A stretch of 64,000 bases of DNA, taken from the NCBI GenBank assembly GCA_002269645.1, contig NIVC01002889.1, positions 67,680 to 131,679 of the forward strand, written 5' to 3'. The DNA is from Macrostomum lignano (taxonomy: Eukaryota). The position numbers and the translations under genes were made by a program. This document shows, in pieces, positions 39,154-51,700 of this stretch; position 1 is the stretch's first letter, and each line of letters begins with the position of its first letter. The notes beneath the pieces were generated by a model. It was not told the DNA's origin and searched no databases. It worked only from the letters and a program-made list of their open reading frames with translations.

Positions 39154-40162
39154 CAGAGGCTAATTTTATGAACACTAACTTCCCTTTGCTCGAATTTTAG
39201 TAATAACAAAATAATTATTGAATCATTGAACGCATTAAAGAAATGCTTGTCTTAGAAATATCATCGCAAGGAATTAAACTTTTCTTCGGTACTATACTTC
39301 AGTCATTTAACAACATTTGTCTCTGCCTGTGCCAACTATTCTAAATAATTGATGGCAGCAAGCCACATGGGACTGGTCGAGTTGCCACTCATTACCTGGC
39401 ATCAGCTGAGAGTGCTCAAACTTCACGTCTAGCATGGCCGAGTAGGTAATTAATTTAGACAGACAATTCAGCCGTCATTGTTAAAACTCGCTTGCGCAGA
39501 AAAAAGGAAAAAATAAGAACTATTAACAAATTAAGCAAGGCCTAAACTTATCAATATCTGTTTGCTTTCGAACCACCTGCCAAGGCGGAGTTTTCCTTTT
39601 TCGTGGGAAAATTTCTCAGTGAGATCCTTCGAGTCAGGCCGAGAGTTCATTTGCACTTTTATTTCCAAGCAAGCTGCAGTTGCGTGCGTTTCCTGGGAAG
39701 AGAAGAGGGAATAGATAAGGCTACAATTCGAAATAGCTACAACTTCTGTGAATACAAACCGTTGAGAACCGCTTAAGACTGGCTGACTGAATCATCTATA
39801 AACAGTGTTGCTGTTGGTTTCTCCATAGCAACTATCGGCAGAACCTTCGTACGTAAAAATTATTGAATTGTATAACTATATATGAAATTCAAAACTAGGA
39901 AGATCTAATTTTATTTCTATATCGCAACTGCTCAACAGAACCACTTTTTATCAAGGGCTTCTTCTATAAGAGTTACAAAAGTAGAATTACAGTAAAAAGT
40001 TTATATAAACCTATTAGACAAAGAAATTCGCAACTTCCTAAAGTTTTGGCACTATAATACTTGGCTCCTAAAGCTATGCTATACAAAAATAATGTTATTA
40101 CTACTCAAATGTACTTCAAACTACAAAGCAAGTCTGTGTCTGTTTGTTAGTCTGACACTGAA

Positions 40163-40939
40163 TCAGCGCTGCGCTTGCAGGTTGTCCCTGCACACTTCGT
40201 CCCAGTCGGGCCACACGGCCGCTTTCACTCTGTCAGCGTAGTCGCTCAGATTCCTGGCCCTCTCCATGATGAAGCTCTTGTGCGGGTAGTCAATGGGCAG
40301 GTAAAGAATCTGAGCCAGGTGAGCGAACGCGCTGGCGTCCACGGTGGACAGCTGGTCTCCCAGCATGTACTTCTTGTTGCCAAGTAGCACGGACAGAGCC
40401 AGGAGGTCGTCGCAGCCGATCTGGTAGATCTCCTCAGGCGAGTTCCTGCCGATCCCGTGCTCAGTCAGCCTGCGCTTCGACAGCGTAGGCATGAACGCAG
40501 TGAACATCTTCGCCTGCCAGGCGGGCAGGAACTCCATCAGCGCGATGGTCTCACGGATTCGCTCCACGTAGCGGTAGTAGGCGTAGGAGAAAACAGTCCG
40601 ATTGTCCAGCACCACGGAGATCACCCTGCCCAGGGCCTGCTGCTCAGCGTTGAGCTCGTCAGCTTTGTCGAATTCCTTAGTTAAGAACTGGATGATCAGG
40701 GTGGACTCGTTGTACTCCTTGCCGTTGTACTCAATGAAAGGAATCTGACCTTTGGAGCTGCTGTTCTCAAGCGCCCTGATGGTTTTGTGCGGAATCTGCT
40801 TGATGCGCAGCCAGGTCTCCAGTTTGAGCCCGAACGGGGACGCCGAGACGCAGGTCCGCAGGCTGGGAAAGTTGAACGCGTACACCATGCCTTCGTCGAA
40901 GTTTTCAACCTTCAATTTGCTCGAACTGCTGCCTCCCAT
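40163..40939 (-). CDS. Failed-axon-connections (FAX)/metaxin-like GST-fold protein, intronless, 258 aa
   Basis: SPFGLKLETWLR, KGQIPFIEYNG, ESTLII, LSVLLGNKKYMLGDQLSTVDASAFAHLAQI; N-terminal MGGSSSS is a myristoylation-type start. Confidence 0.92.
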   Translation of the reverse strand: MGGSSSSKLKVENFDEGMVYAFNFPSLRTCVSASPFGLKLETWLRIKQIPHKTIRALENSSSKGQIPFIEYNGKEYNESTLIIQFLTKEFDKADELNAEQQALGRVISVVLDNRTVFSYAYYRYVERIRETIALMEFLPAWQAKMFTAFMPTLSKRRLTEHGIGRNSPEEIYQIGCDDLLALSVLLGNKKYMLGDQLSTVDASAFAHLAQILYLPIDYPHKSFIMERARNLSDYADRVKAAVWPDWDEVCRDNLQAQR

Positions 40940-42306
40940 GCCTGTAGTTGATTGGAGATAATTTGCTGCTTAGACAATTCTACTGAGCGGTTTGGATTGT
41001 CAACTCTGCTTCAGTCTCTGCTCTTAGCCTTCTCTTTTTTTCTGCCTCTGTCGCACTACCAGCCACTCTTGGGGCAGGCAAAAGCATTTAGTTCATAGAA
41101 AACTGTATAGCCAGGCAAATTCTAAAAAATCTATGCATTTCGTTTCACACCGCAAGGTCTGACCTCGTTTGAGAGTGCGCTAAGGCCTCGCTGATAGCAT
41201 GTACACTAACGATGAGAACAACATACTTACAATTGTCTGTCCCTAGCGTGAGAGACACCTGAGAGAATAATTTCGTTCTCACCGCAACAGATTAGACCAT
41301 AATTCGAGCCGTAAATTGTCTGATAAATTTCTTTTCAAATTTCTCAGGCTCATGTCTGGTTAAAGAGATATTTGAGAACTTTTGCTCTACTTTGAATTGC
41401 ATATTTACTGCTAATAAATGGATATTTTTTTCAAATATGATTACATCAATAATTTTAGTTTATTTACGGGGAGGCAACAAAGAAAAGAAAAAAATGTTTG
41501 AATAAACAACGATTACATGTAGCTTATGGCCTTCATGTATAGTCATCTGTTTAAAGCAAAAAGTATTTTCCCTGAAAACTTGATATCTAGCCTATGAGAC
41601 ATCAGCACCCAGCGAGCTTTTGGCATCAAAGCCGTGGCTTAACCCTGACTCTCCCATTGATGCTTGGCCTACCTACCAACAACTCCCAATTGACTGCTTC
41701 AATTTTCGTTTACGGAGCTTTATCCAGGCATGCTCCAGGTCACCTTCGTTCCAAAATATTCCCCCATCCTTTTAGAACTCAGTAGTGGTAGGTAACTTCT
41801 CCGAGTTGTTTAACACACTTTTGAGCGGCCATTATTTCACACTTTTAAGTTTGATTTGATTGGATGAGAGATGGGGTGGGTGAACTGATCGGTCACTTGG
41901 GCAGAGAGTATGATGTACATTGGTTACACTTGGCGAGGGACAGCTGAATTGACAATCAGATAAGATAATTGGCGACTCCATAACTTAGTACGAGTAATAA
42001 ATTTATAATTAGCTTAATAAAATCCGAGCAGTCGCTGAATGGTGCAATAATTACCGCTTGGACTTGTCATTGTGTCTGGATAAAAGTTCTTCGCAATGTC
42101 TATCCAACTCAGATTTACACGTACGTACCTAGTTGTACTCTACCGGGCAAAGAGTCGGCCTGACTTTATTGCGCAACCCAGCTGGTGAGGGTTGAGATAG
42201 AAATGAAAAGGGAGACCTAGTCTGCGATTCAACTAGTGTCTTGAGTGACAGGTGCAGGACAACTACAGTACATCTGACTGAAGCCAGAGAGCCGACAAGC
42301 CGACAC

Positions 42307-45271
42307 ATGCCATCGAACTCGTTCCCGTTGATCCGCCTGCCGCGCTACTGCCTGAACAACTGGCAGCTGGTGACCGCCGCCATCCTGCTGCTGTTGGCCA
42401 ACATCGGCATGTCGATGTGGGCCTTCATTGAATGCAGCAACTTCGACAAGCTGCTGCTGGCCGCCAAGATGACCGGCCGGCCGCTGAACCTGGACTGCAG
42501 CATCGTGCTGGTGTTTGTGCTGCGCAAGACTTTCTCAGCTTGCCGGCGATGGCGAATCAGCCGACTGCTGCCCATTGAGCAGAGCATTCGCTTGCACAGC
42601 CTCACCGGCTGCCTCATCTGCGTGCTCGGGCTGGCGCACTCGCTTGTGCACATCGTCCGCACCGGCCTGCTGCTGTCTAGCGGCGGCCTGGCCTGCTCAC
42701 CGGTCGCCGCCTACCTGGGCACCTGTCTGCGCATTGGCTGGGTTGGCTGGGCGGCCTCGCCAACCGGAGTGGCCCTGCTTGTCATCAGCCTAATCATTGC
42801 AGCCACGGCTAATCCAGCGGTTCGGTCGCGACTGTTCAAGACATTTCAGTATGCTCACCTGCTCTACTATCCTTTTCTGGTGCTGTGCATTCTGCATGCC
42901 AGGTGAGTGCCTTGCAAATATCTTTTAGTAGCTAAGCAAGCTAAAATATGCTACCAGCGATTTTCAAGAATGCATTTAATAATTAACACTAAAAGTTACT
43001 AGTTCCTTAAAAAATAATGTCTACCTACCCAATCCAGTCTACTCAACCCTGTCTACTCAATCAGTCTACTCAACCCAGTCTGCTCAACCCTGTCTACTCA
43101 ACCCAGTCTGCTCAACCCTGTCTACTCAACTCAGTCTACTCAAGCCTGTCTATTCAACCCAGCCTACTCAACCCTGCCTACTCAACCCTTTCTACTCAAC
43201 CCTGTCTATTCAACCCAGTCTACTCAACCCTGCCTACTCAACCCTTTCTACTCAACCCTGTCTATTCAACCCAGTCCACTCAACCCAGTCTACTCAACCC
43301 TGTCTATTCAACCCAGTATACTCAACCCTGTCTATTCAACCCAGTCCACTCAACCCAGTCTACTCAACCCTGTCTATTCAACCCAGTCCACTCAACCCAG
43401 TCTACTCAACCCTGTCTATTCAACCCAGTCCACTCAACCCAGTATACTCAACCCAGTCTACTCAACCCAGTCTACTCAACCCTCCCTACCCAACCCTGTT
43501 TTCCTTGCACTGTCTATTCAACACCATCTGCCCTAGCCCTCTCCCCGTCACTCCACAGATACTACTGGCTGTTCGCTCTGATCCCACTGAGCATGCTCCT
43601 GCTAGAGCAGCTGCTGGGAGCAAGGCCAGTCCACGAGCTCCTGCACGGCAAGTTCACTATCGAGGCCGTGAACTTTCATGCGCCCCGTCACGATGAGAGC
43701 ACCCAAGTAGTGGAGCTGGTGATGCGAACGGAGCGCCGAGTCGCCTTCAGCCCGGGTGCCTACGTGTACATCAACCTGCCCGCGGTGTCCCACTTTGAGT
43801 TCCACCCGTTCACCATCAGCAGCCCGCCGGAGCGATGCGACGCAATCACAGTACACATCCAGGCTGTGGGCCCTTGGACAAGGCGACTGTACGACCACTT
43901 TCGAGCGATGGCGGAGGCCAAGCAGCCCGAAGCTGGGCGCGTCACGGTGGCGACTAAGCGACATCCGACTGCAGGCGAAGACTATGACTCGCTGGTGGTC
44001 TGCGAGAGAGTCTTTGTTGAAGGACCGTACGAGGTTCGAGATAAGATTATTTTTCTGATCTTACGAGTATTCACAGAATGCCATTAAAACACCAGCCTTA
44101 ACAACCCCTCTGAGATCCTGGCTGTGAATGTACACTGCATGCTCCCAATCAGCGTCAACCCCTCTGAGACCCTGGCTGTGAATGTACACTGCACGCTCCC
44201 AATCAACCTCAACAACCTCTCTGAGACCCTGGCTGTGAATGTACACTGCATGCTCCCAATCAACCTCAACAACCCCTCTGAGACCCTGGCTGTGAATGTA
44301 CACTGCATGCTCCCAATCAACGTCAACCCCTCTTGAGACCCTGGCTGTGAATGTACACTGCATGCTCCCAATCAACGTCGACCCCTCTGAGACCCTGGCT
44401 GTGAATGTAAACTGCATGCTCCCAATCAGCGTGAACCCCTCTGAGACCCTGGCTGTGAATGTACACTGCACGCTCCCAATCAACCTCAACAACCTCTTTG
44501 AGACCCTGGCTGTGAATGTACACTGCATGCTCCCAATCAGCGTCAAACCCTCTGAGACCCTGGCTGTGAATGTACACTGCACGCTCCCAATCAGCGTGAA
44601 CCCCTTTGAGACCCTGGTTGTGAATGTACACTGCATGCTCCCAATCAACGTCGACCCCTCTGAGACCCTGGTTGTGAATGTACACTGCATGCTCCCAATC
44701 AGCGTCAACCCCTCTGAGACCCTGGCTGTGAATGTACACTGCACGCTCCCAATCAACCTCAACAACCCCTAAAACCGCGGCCCACGTAAACCACTTTTGC
44801 AACCCAAAGGTGCACACGAAGCCGTCCTGGAGCCACAAGCACGTGATCATGGTGTCCGCCGGTATCGGAGTCACCCCGTACGCCTCCATCCTGCGCAGCC
44901 TGGTGCACCGGCGCGCCGAACAGGACAGCCAGGTGCGCTGCCGGCGAGTTGACTTCGTGTGGGTTGCCCGCAGTCTCAACGGCTTTCGCTGGTTCGCCGA
45001 CCTCCTACAGGAGCTGGAGGCCGACAACGCTGACTGGCTGAAGATGCACCTGTTTCTGACCCGGGTCAAGCCAGATTCGGCCACCCGCGAGCTCAATCTG
45101 AGTCACGTGACTTACAATCGGCCCGATTGGACCGAGCTACTCGGCAAGCTGTCTGACACCATGCCAGACTGCCGCTCCTGGGTTTACACCTGCGCCTCGC
45201 CTCTGCTGGCCGACTGCGTTGCCAACGCCTGCTGGAGCCTGCTGCTCCCGCATCGGACGCACAGCTTCTGA
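42307..45271 (+). CDS. NADPH oxidase / ferric-reductase-like protein (NOX5-like core), three exons, about 510 aa
   Basis: Exons 42307-42902, 43559-44033, 44810-45271 (phases 2 and 0 join). Heme His pairs HSLTGCLICVLGLAH and HLLYYPFLVLCILH; FAD motif HPFTISS; VGPWT; EGPY; SAGIGVTPYASIL; start codon inferred. Confidence 0.9.
43020..43500. repeat. About 14-bp minisatellite (CTACTCAACCCAGT / CTATTCAACCC), NOX intron 1
   Basis: Direct reading; explains the low-complexity N-half of ORF 43017-44087. Confidence 0.92.
44095..44770. repeat. 53-56-bp minisatellite (CCCTCTGAGACCCTGGCTGTGAATGTACACTGCATGCTCCCAATCA...), NOX intron 2
   Basis: About 12 copies. Confidence 0.95.
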
Positions 45272-45679
45272 TGAACTTTCGGAGTTGGTTGCTAGGCAAC
45301 GAAATAATCGCGTCTTATCTCCCTCTTACATTTAAAATCAATCGTATTGCAGTATTTTTATTCCAGAAAGTGTCTAAGCATACTTTTTTATCTACAATAC
45401 GGTTGTTTCACTGAGAATACAGAGAAATTCTCAAAGGTACACACAGAGCATGATGACGCTCCGTACTACACTACTCAGTAGCATCATAGAACGCAAAACA
45501 TTTCGTATTGCAAAGAATGTTTGACATGGCATTTTTAATCCTAGAATAAAAAATATATGTTAGCAACTTTCATTCTGTTCCATTGATTTCATTTTGACAG
45601 TCGCAGATCGACCAGCTTTATCGTAGGCTTGGCTTACGAAATGCCAGTCAAATAAGCAAACCCAGTCAATTGATTAATT

Positions 45680-45795
45680 TGACTCCCTCGGATCAATGTC
45701 CCCGGGTTCGAACCCGTGCGCGGCCACACGACTCACGATTCCCGCCCACGAGTGCCAACACCCCCAAGGCACAGAGTGTACACCCGGTGTGAGCG
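45680..45795 (+). mobile_element. SINE family A fragment
   Basis: B-box GGTTCGAACCC followed by GTGCGCGG (as at 31315) and CCCCCAAGGCACAGAGTGTACAC core. Confidence 0.6.
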
Positions 45796-46539
45796 AGAAA
45801 ACAAAAAATCAAATCTGTTGAACCGCAAACAAATGCATATAATAACAATATAATATTAAATTGACAGGTGCGACTACTCTAACTCGGTTATAATTACGAT
45901 AATTAATTCTGCACGCAAATCAAATCTGATCTTTTTCTTACTTAAGCTATTTCTCGGATGGAATTCGGCCGAGAGACGAACAACAGTCGGATTAAAACGA
46001 TCGGTAAAACATAACGATACGACTGACACGGTACAGAGGATAGGGGGTGCAGATAGTGAAGAAGCTGAACGAGCTGAGCCAGCATTTCCTATCTCTCTAA
46101 CTCCATCCATAGTTGCTGGGGGGACGCCTGCAGATGAATATTACGTAGGCTATCTCTCTTCCCCTCAGGTGTACAAAGCGCGCGCAAGCAGGCACACAGC
46201 ACAGCTACATAAGCACAATATGCACACATAGAATTGAATTAATACATAAAAATTACATCATACGATCGTAGAGTTAGCACATCACTGTATACACCAAAGT
46301 GCAAACAAACTATAGGAAATCTTCTGTTTAGAGAAACAAAATAGAGAATATTGATGAAATTTGAACAAAAATTAATATGACGGCGGAGGTGGCGAAGCTA
46401 AAACAGATCATCACAACAATTACATATCGAATAATAATTGGGGATGGTGCGGTCCTAATGCTTTTGCTTGCGAAGATATATGGGTTGCTGTACTCGTAGT
46501 TCAATCTGCAAATTCTATTAGACAGTCTAAATCCAATTC

Positions 46540-47543
46540 TCAGGGGTGATTGAGATGATTCTCAGGAGTGATTGAGATGATTCTCAGGGGTGATTGAGAT
46601 GATTCTCAGGGGTGATTGAGATGATTCTCAGGAGTGACTGAGATGATTCTCAGGGTGATTGAGATGATTCTCAGGGGTGATTGAGATGATTCTCAGGTGT
46701 GATTGAGATGATTCTCATGGGTGATTGAGATGATTCTCAGGGGTGATTGAGATGATTCTCAGGGGTGATTGAGATGATTCTCAGGAGTGATTGAGATGAT
46801 TCTCAGGGTGATTGAGATGATTCTCAGGGGTTATTGAGATAATTCTCAGGGGTGATTGAGATGATTTTTGGGGGTGATTGAGATGGTTCTCAGGGGTTAT
46901 TGAGATGATTAGGGGTGATTGAGATGATTCTCAGGAGTGATTGAGATGATTCTCAGGGGTGATTGAGATGGTTCTCAGGAGTGATTGAGATGATTCTCAG
47001 GGGTGATTGAGATGATTCTCAGGAGTGATTGAGATGATTATCAGGGGTGATTAAGATGATTATCAGGGGTGATTGAGATGATTCTCAGTAGTGATTGAGA
47101 TGATTCTCAGGGGTGATTGAGATGATTCTCAGGAGTGATTGAGATGATTCTCAGGGTGATTGAGATGATTCTCAGGGGTTATTGAGATAATTCTCAGGGG
47201 TGATTGAGATGATTTTTGGGGGTGATTGAGATGGTTCTCAGGGGTTATTGAGATGATTAGGGGTGATTGAGATGATTCTCAGGAGTGATTGAGATGATTC
47301 TCAGGGGTGATTGAGATGGTTCTCAGGAGTGATTGAGATGATTCTCAGGGGTGATTGAGATGATTCTCAGGAGTGATTGAGATGATTATCAGGGGTGATT
47401 GAGATGATTATCAGGGGTGATTGAGATGATTATCAGGGGTGATTGAGATGATTATCAGGAGTGATTGAGATGGTTATCAGGAGTGATTGAGATGATTATC
47501 AGGGGTGATTGAGATGATTCTCAGGAGTGATTGAGATGATTCT
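46540..47543. repeat. 22-bp minisatellite (GATTGAGATGATTCTCAGGGGT), about 45 copies
   Basis: Direct reading. Confidence 0.95.
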
Positions 47544-48237
47544 GCCGACTGGCTAGGGAGGTTCTCAGGAGTGGTTCAGGAGATTCCCGAGGTGTCATGG
47601 CGTCAACCATAAATAACCAAACTGCCAGGCCTCATAAAAATTGTTAATCTCCCTTGAAATCGCAAAACAAATGTGAAGAAGCGCACGTTCCACAGCAGAA
47701 AAGTTAGAAGGCTGGATCAAGCAAATACGTAGAGGTGAACTAAGAGTTGCAGTGCTAGGGCCAGTGAGGGGCAGGAAAACAACCGCAAAAGGATCAGAAA
47801 TGAAAGTACAGGAGAGCCAATATATGCCGGAGAAATTGAGGACAGCCACTTACCAAAATAAGCACAACGGCAAGTAATAAAACAAAGCTTGAAAATGTAC
47901 GGACAAAGACTTTGTGGTGCGAATTTGCGTTGCATCAAAAATGAAAAACCAGATTAACTTTAATTTGCTTTAATTTTCTTGAAAGATAAGCATCGTTGAA
48001 CTTAGATCCGAGTCTGCTGCGGGTGCACGACGCTTAAAAGCATACGACTTACGAGCATATAGAAGAAACGGATGCACTGTGAACGGGCCGACTAAATTAA
48101 ATAGCAAACAAACAATAGGTCTCTTGATTCGCTTTCAAATTTCCTGGCTAAGCTAAAAAATCACCTTGCATACACAGCACAGGATGACGGTCAAGGGCAG
48201 AGAATATAATATACAACAGCTATAACCATCGGGGAGA

Positions 48238-48605
48238 AGGGGAGCTTGTGTGCAGGGAGCTTGTTTGCAGGGAGCTTGTGTGCAGGGGGCTTGTGTGCAG
48301 GGAGCTTGTATGCAGGGAGCTTGTGTGCAGGGGGCTTGTGTGCAGGGAGCTTGTGTGCGGCTTGTGTGCAGGGAGCTTGTATGCAGGGAGCTTGTGTGCA
48401 GGGAGCTTGTATGCAGGGAGCTTGTAAGCAGGGAGCTTGTATGCAGGGAGCTTTTATGCAGGGAGCTTGTATGCAGGGAGCTTGTGTGCAAAGAATATGT
48501 GGCAGGAACTTGTGTACAGGGAGCTTGTATGCAGGGAGCTTGTATGCAGGGAGCTTGTGTGCAGGGAGCTTGTGTGCAGGGAGCTTGTGTGCAGGGAGCT
48601 TTGGT
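48238..48605. repeat. 15-bp repeat (CAGGGAGCTTGTGTG) downstream of the Akt stop codon
   Basis: Direct reading. Confidence 0.93.
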
Positions 48606-48728
48606 GCATAGGCTTGCTATTGTTGCAGATTCGGTCCAATCCATACACAGTGGCGGCACACTGCGCGCCCTCTGTATTTCTATATTAAAATAAAATATAC
48701 AACTCCGTTAGTGATCAGGTAGAGAGCC

Positions 48729-51700
48729 TCAGTGATCACCCATGCTAGTAGAGCTCATATAGGAGCTGAGCGAGGTGCGCGAGCCGTAGAAGCTGAACTT
48801 TTCAAAGTTCGGCCCGTCCGTTGGCCAACGAGTGCCGCTGGCGCTAACGGGGCCGGGCGCCGCAGGCGGGGTGAGCTGCACCGGCTCGCGCAGGAACTCG
48901 TCCGGTATGTACCTGGTGTCGCAGGCGTCGCGAACTTCCGGTTTCCACGGCGGTGGGATCTCCTTTTTAGTGAGCTTCACCCAGTCTATGCCGGCGAAGA
49001 ACGGGTGCCGCATGACGTCTACGGCGTCCAGGGTGGAGCCGCCGAGCCGCCTGGAGGGCTCTTTGATGAGCAGGCGGGCCAGGAAGTCCTGCGCCTGGCT
49101 GCTGAGATTGGCGGGAATTCTAACGCTGTCGTTCATGATTAGCTCGAATAGGATCTCGTGATCGCGCGAGTAGAAGGGCAGCCGGCCGCACATCATCTCG
49201 TAGGAGACGACGCCGAGGCCCCACCAGTCCACGCTGCGGCCGTAGTCATTCTCGTCTGCAGGAGGTTGACGCGCGGGAGTTAGTATCTCACCTGCTACTG
49301 GTGTGAGATCTAATTCGATTGGGGCTTGGGTGGGGTCTGAAGGAAGATCCGGGTTGACCTCTCGTACTCAGTAGGTAATACTCAAGATAATTGAGATCTT
49401 ATATTTATAAGACTGCCTGATCCTAGGTGAGATCTCATGGGAAGATGCAATCACCTGGGATGAGATCTCATGGAAGATGCAATGATCTGGGATGAGATCT
49501 CATGGGAAGTTGCAATGATCTGGGGTGAAATATCATGAGAGATGCAATGATCTGGTAAGATCTCATGAGAAGTTGCAATGATCTGAGGTAAGATCCCATG
49601 GGAGAAGCAATGATCTTGGGTGAAATTCTATGGGAGATACAGTAATCTGGGGTGAGATCCCATGGGAGATAAAATGATTTGGGGCGAGATCCTATGGGAG
49701 AAGCAATGATCCAGGGTGAGATCTCATGGGGAGATGAAATAATCTGGGTGAGATCTCATGGGAGATAAAATGATCTGGGTGAGATCTAAGAGGGATATTG
49801 AATGATATAGAGAGACTTATAATTCACCAATCTTAAAAGCCGCATGAAAGGTCCTAAGTTTGCAAATCTAAAACAGATCGCAGAGGACAATCACCGAGAA
49901 TCTCCGGAGCCAGGTACTCAGGCGTGCCGCAGAAGGTTTTAGTCATAACGCCGTACTGCATTTCCTCCTTGCATAGGCCGAAATCGGCAATGCGAATGTG
50001 GCCCATCTCGTCTAGGAGAAGATTCTCCAGCTTCAGATCTCTGTAGACAATGTTCATGTCGTGCAGGTAGCCAATAGCTGTGACAATCTCGGCTGCGTAG
50101 AAACGGGTTCGCTCCTCTGAGAATACGCGATCATGCAACAGGTGAAAGTACAGCTCGCCGCCGTTAACATACTCCATGACGAAGCAGAGCCGGTCCTCAG
50201 TTTGGAATGAATATTTTAGCTGGGTGAGGAACGGGTGCCGGCACGTCTGCAGGACTCGATTCTCCGTCATGGTGTGGATCACCTCGTCCTTCTGCAAGGC
50301 GGGTCCGGAGTGGAAAAGGGGTCGCGTATTGAGTACTTTAATATTAGACAGATAGGTCTCATGGGATGGAAATCATGTATATCAGTATGAGCTACAGATA
50401 GAACTCATGTACCTCAGTATGAGCTACAGATAGAACTCATGTACCTCAGTATGAGCTACAGATAAAACTCATGTGCCTCAGTATGAGCTACAGATAGAAC
50501 TCATGTACCTCAGTATGAGCTACAGATAGAACTCATGTACCTCAGTATGAGCTACAGATAAAACTCATGTACCTCAGTATGAGCTACAGATAAAACTCAT
50601 GTACCTCAGTATGAGCTACAGATAGAACTCATGTACCTCAGTATGAGCTACAGATAAAACTCATGTACCTCAGTATGAGCTACAGATAAAACTCATGTAC
50701 CTCAGTATGAGCTACAGATAAAACTCATGTGCCTCAGTATGAGCTACAGATAGAACTCATGTACCTCAGTATGAGCTACAGATAGAACTCATGTACCTCA
50801 GTATGAGCTACAGATAGAACTCATGTGCCTCAGTATGAGCTACAGATAGAACTCATGTACCTCAGTATGAGCTACAGATAGAACTCATGTACCTCAGTAT
50901 GAGCTACAGATAGAACTCATGTACCTCAGTATGAGCTACAGATAGAACTCATGTACCTCAGTATGAGCTACAGATAGAACTCATGTGCCTCAGTATGAGC
51001 TACAGATAGAACTCATGTACCTCAGTATGAGCTACAGATAGAACTCATGTACCTCAGTATGAGCTACAGATAAAACTCATGTACCTCAGTATGAGCTACA
51101 GATAAAACTCATGTACCTCAGTATGAGCTACAGATAAAACTCATGTACCTCAGTATGAGCTACAGATAGAACTCATGTACCTCAGTATGAGCTACAGATA
51201 GAACTCATGTACCTCAGTATGAGCTACAGATAGAACTCATGTACCTCAGTATGAGCTACAGATAGAACTCATGTACCTCAGTATGAGCTACAGATAGAAC
51301 TCATGTACCTCAGTATGAGCTACAGATAGAACTCATGTACCTCAGTATGAGCTACAGATAGAACTCATGTACCTCAGTATGAGCTACAGATAGAACTCAT
51401 GTACCTCAGTATGAGCTACAGATAGAACTCATGTACCTCAGTATGAGCTACAGATAGAACTCATGTACCTCAGTATGAGCTACAGATAGAACTCATGTAC
51501 CTCAGTATGAGCTACAGATAGAACTCATGTACCTCAGTATGAGCTACAGATAGAACTCATGTACCTCAGTATGAGCTACAGATAGAACTCATGTACCTCA
51601 GTATGAGCTACAGATAGAACTCATGTACCTCAGTATGAGCTACAGATAGAACTCATGTACCTCAGTATGAGCTACAGATAGAACTCATGTACCTCAGTAT

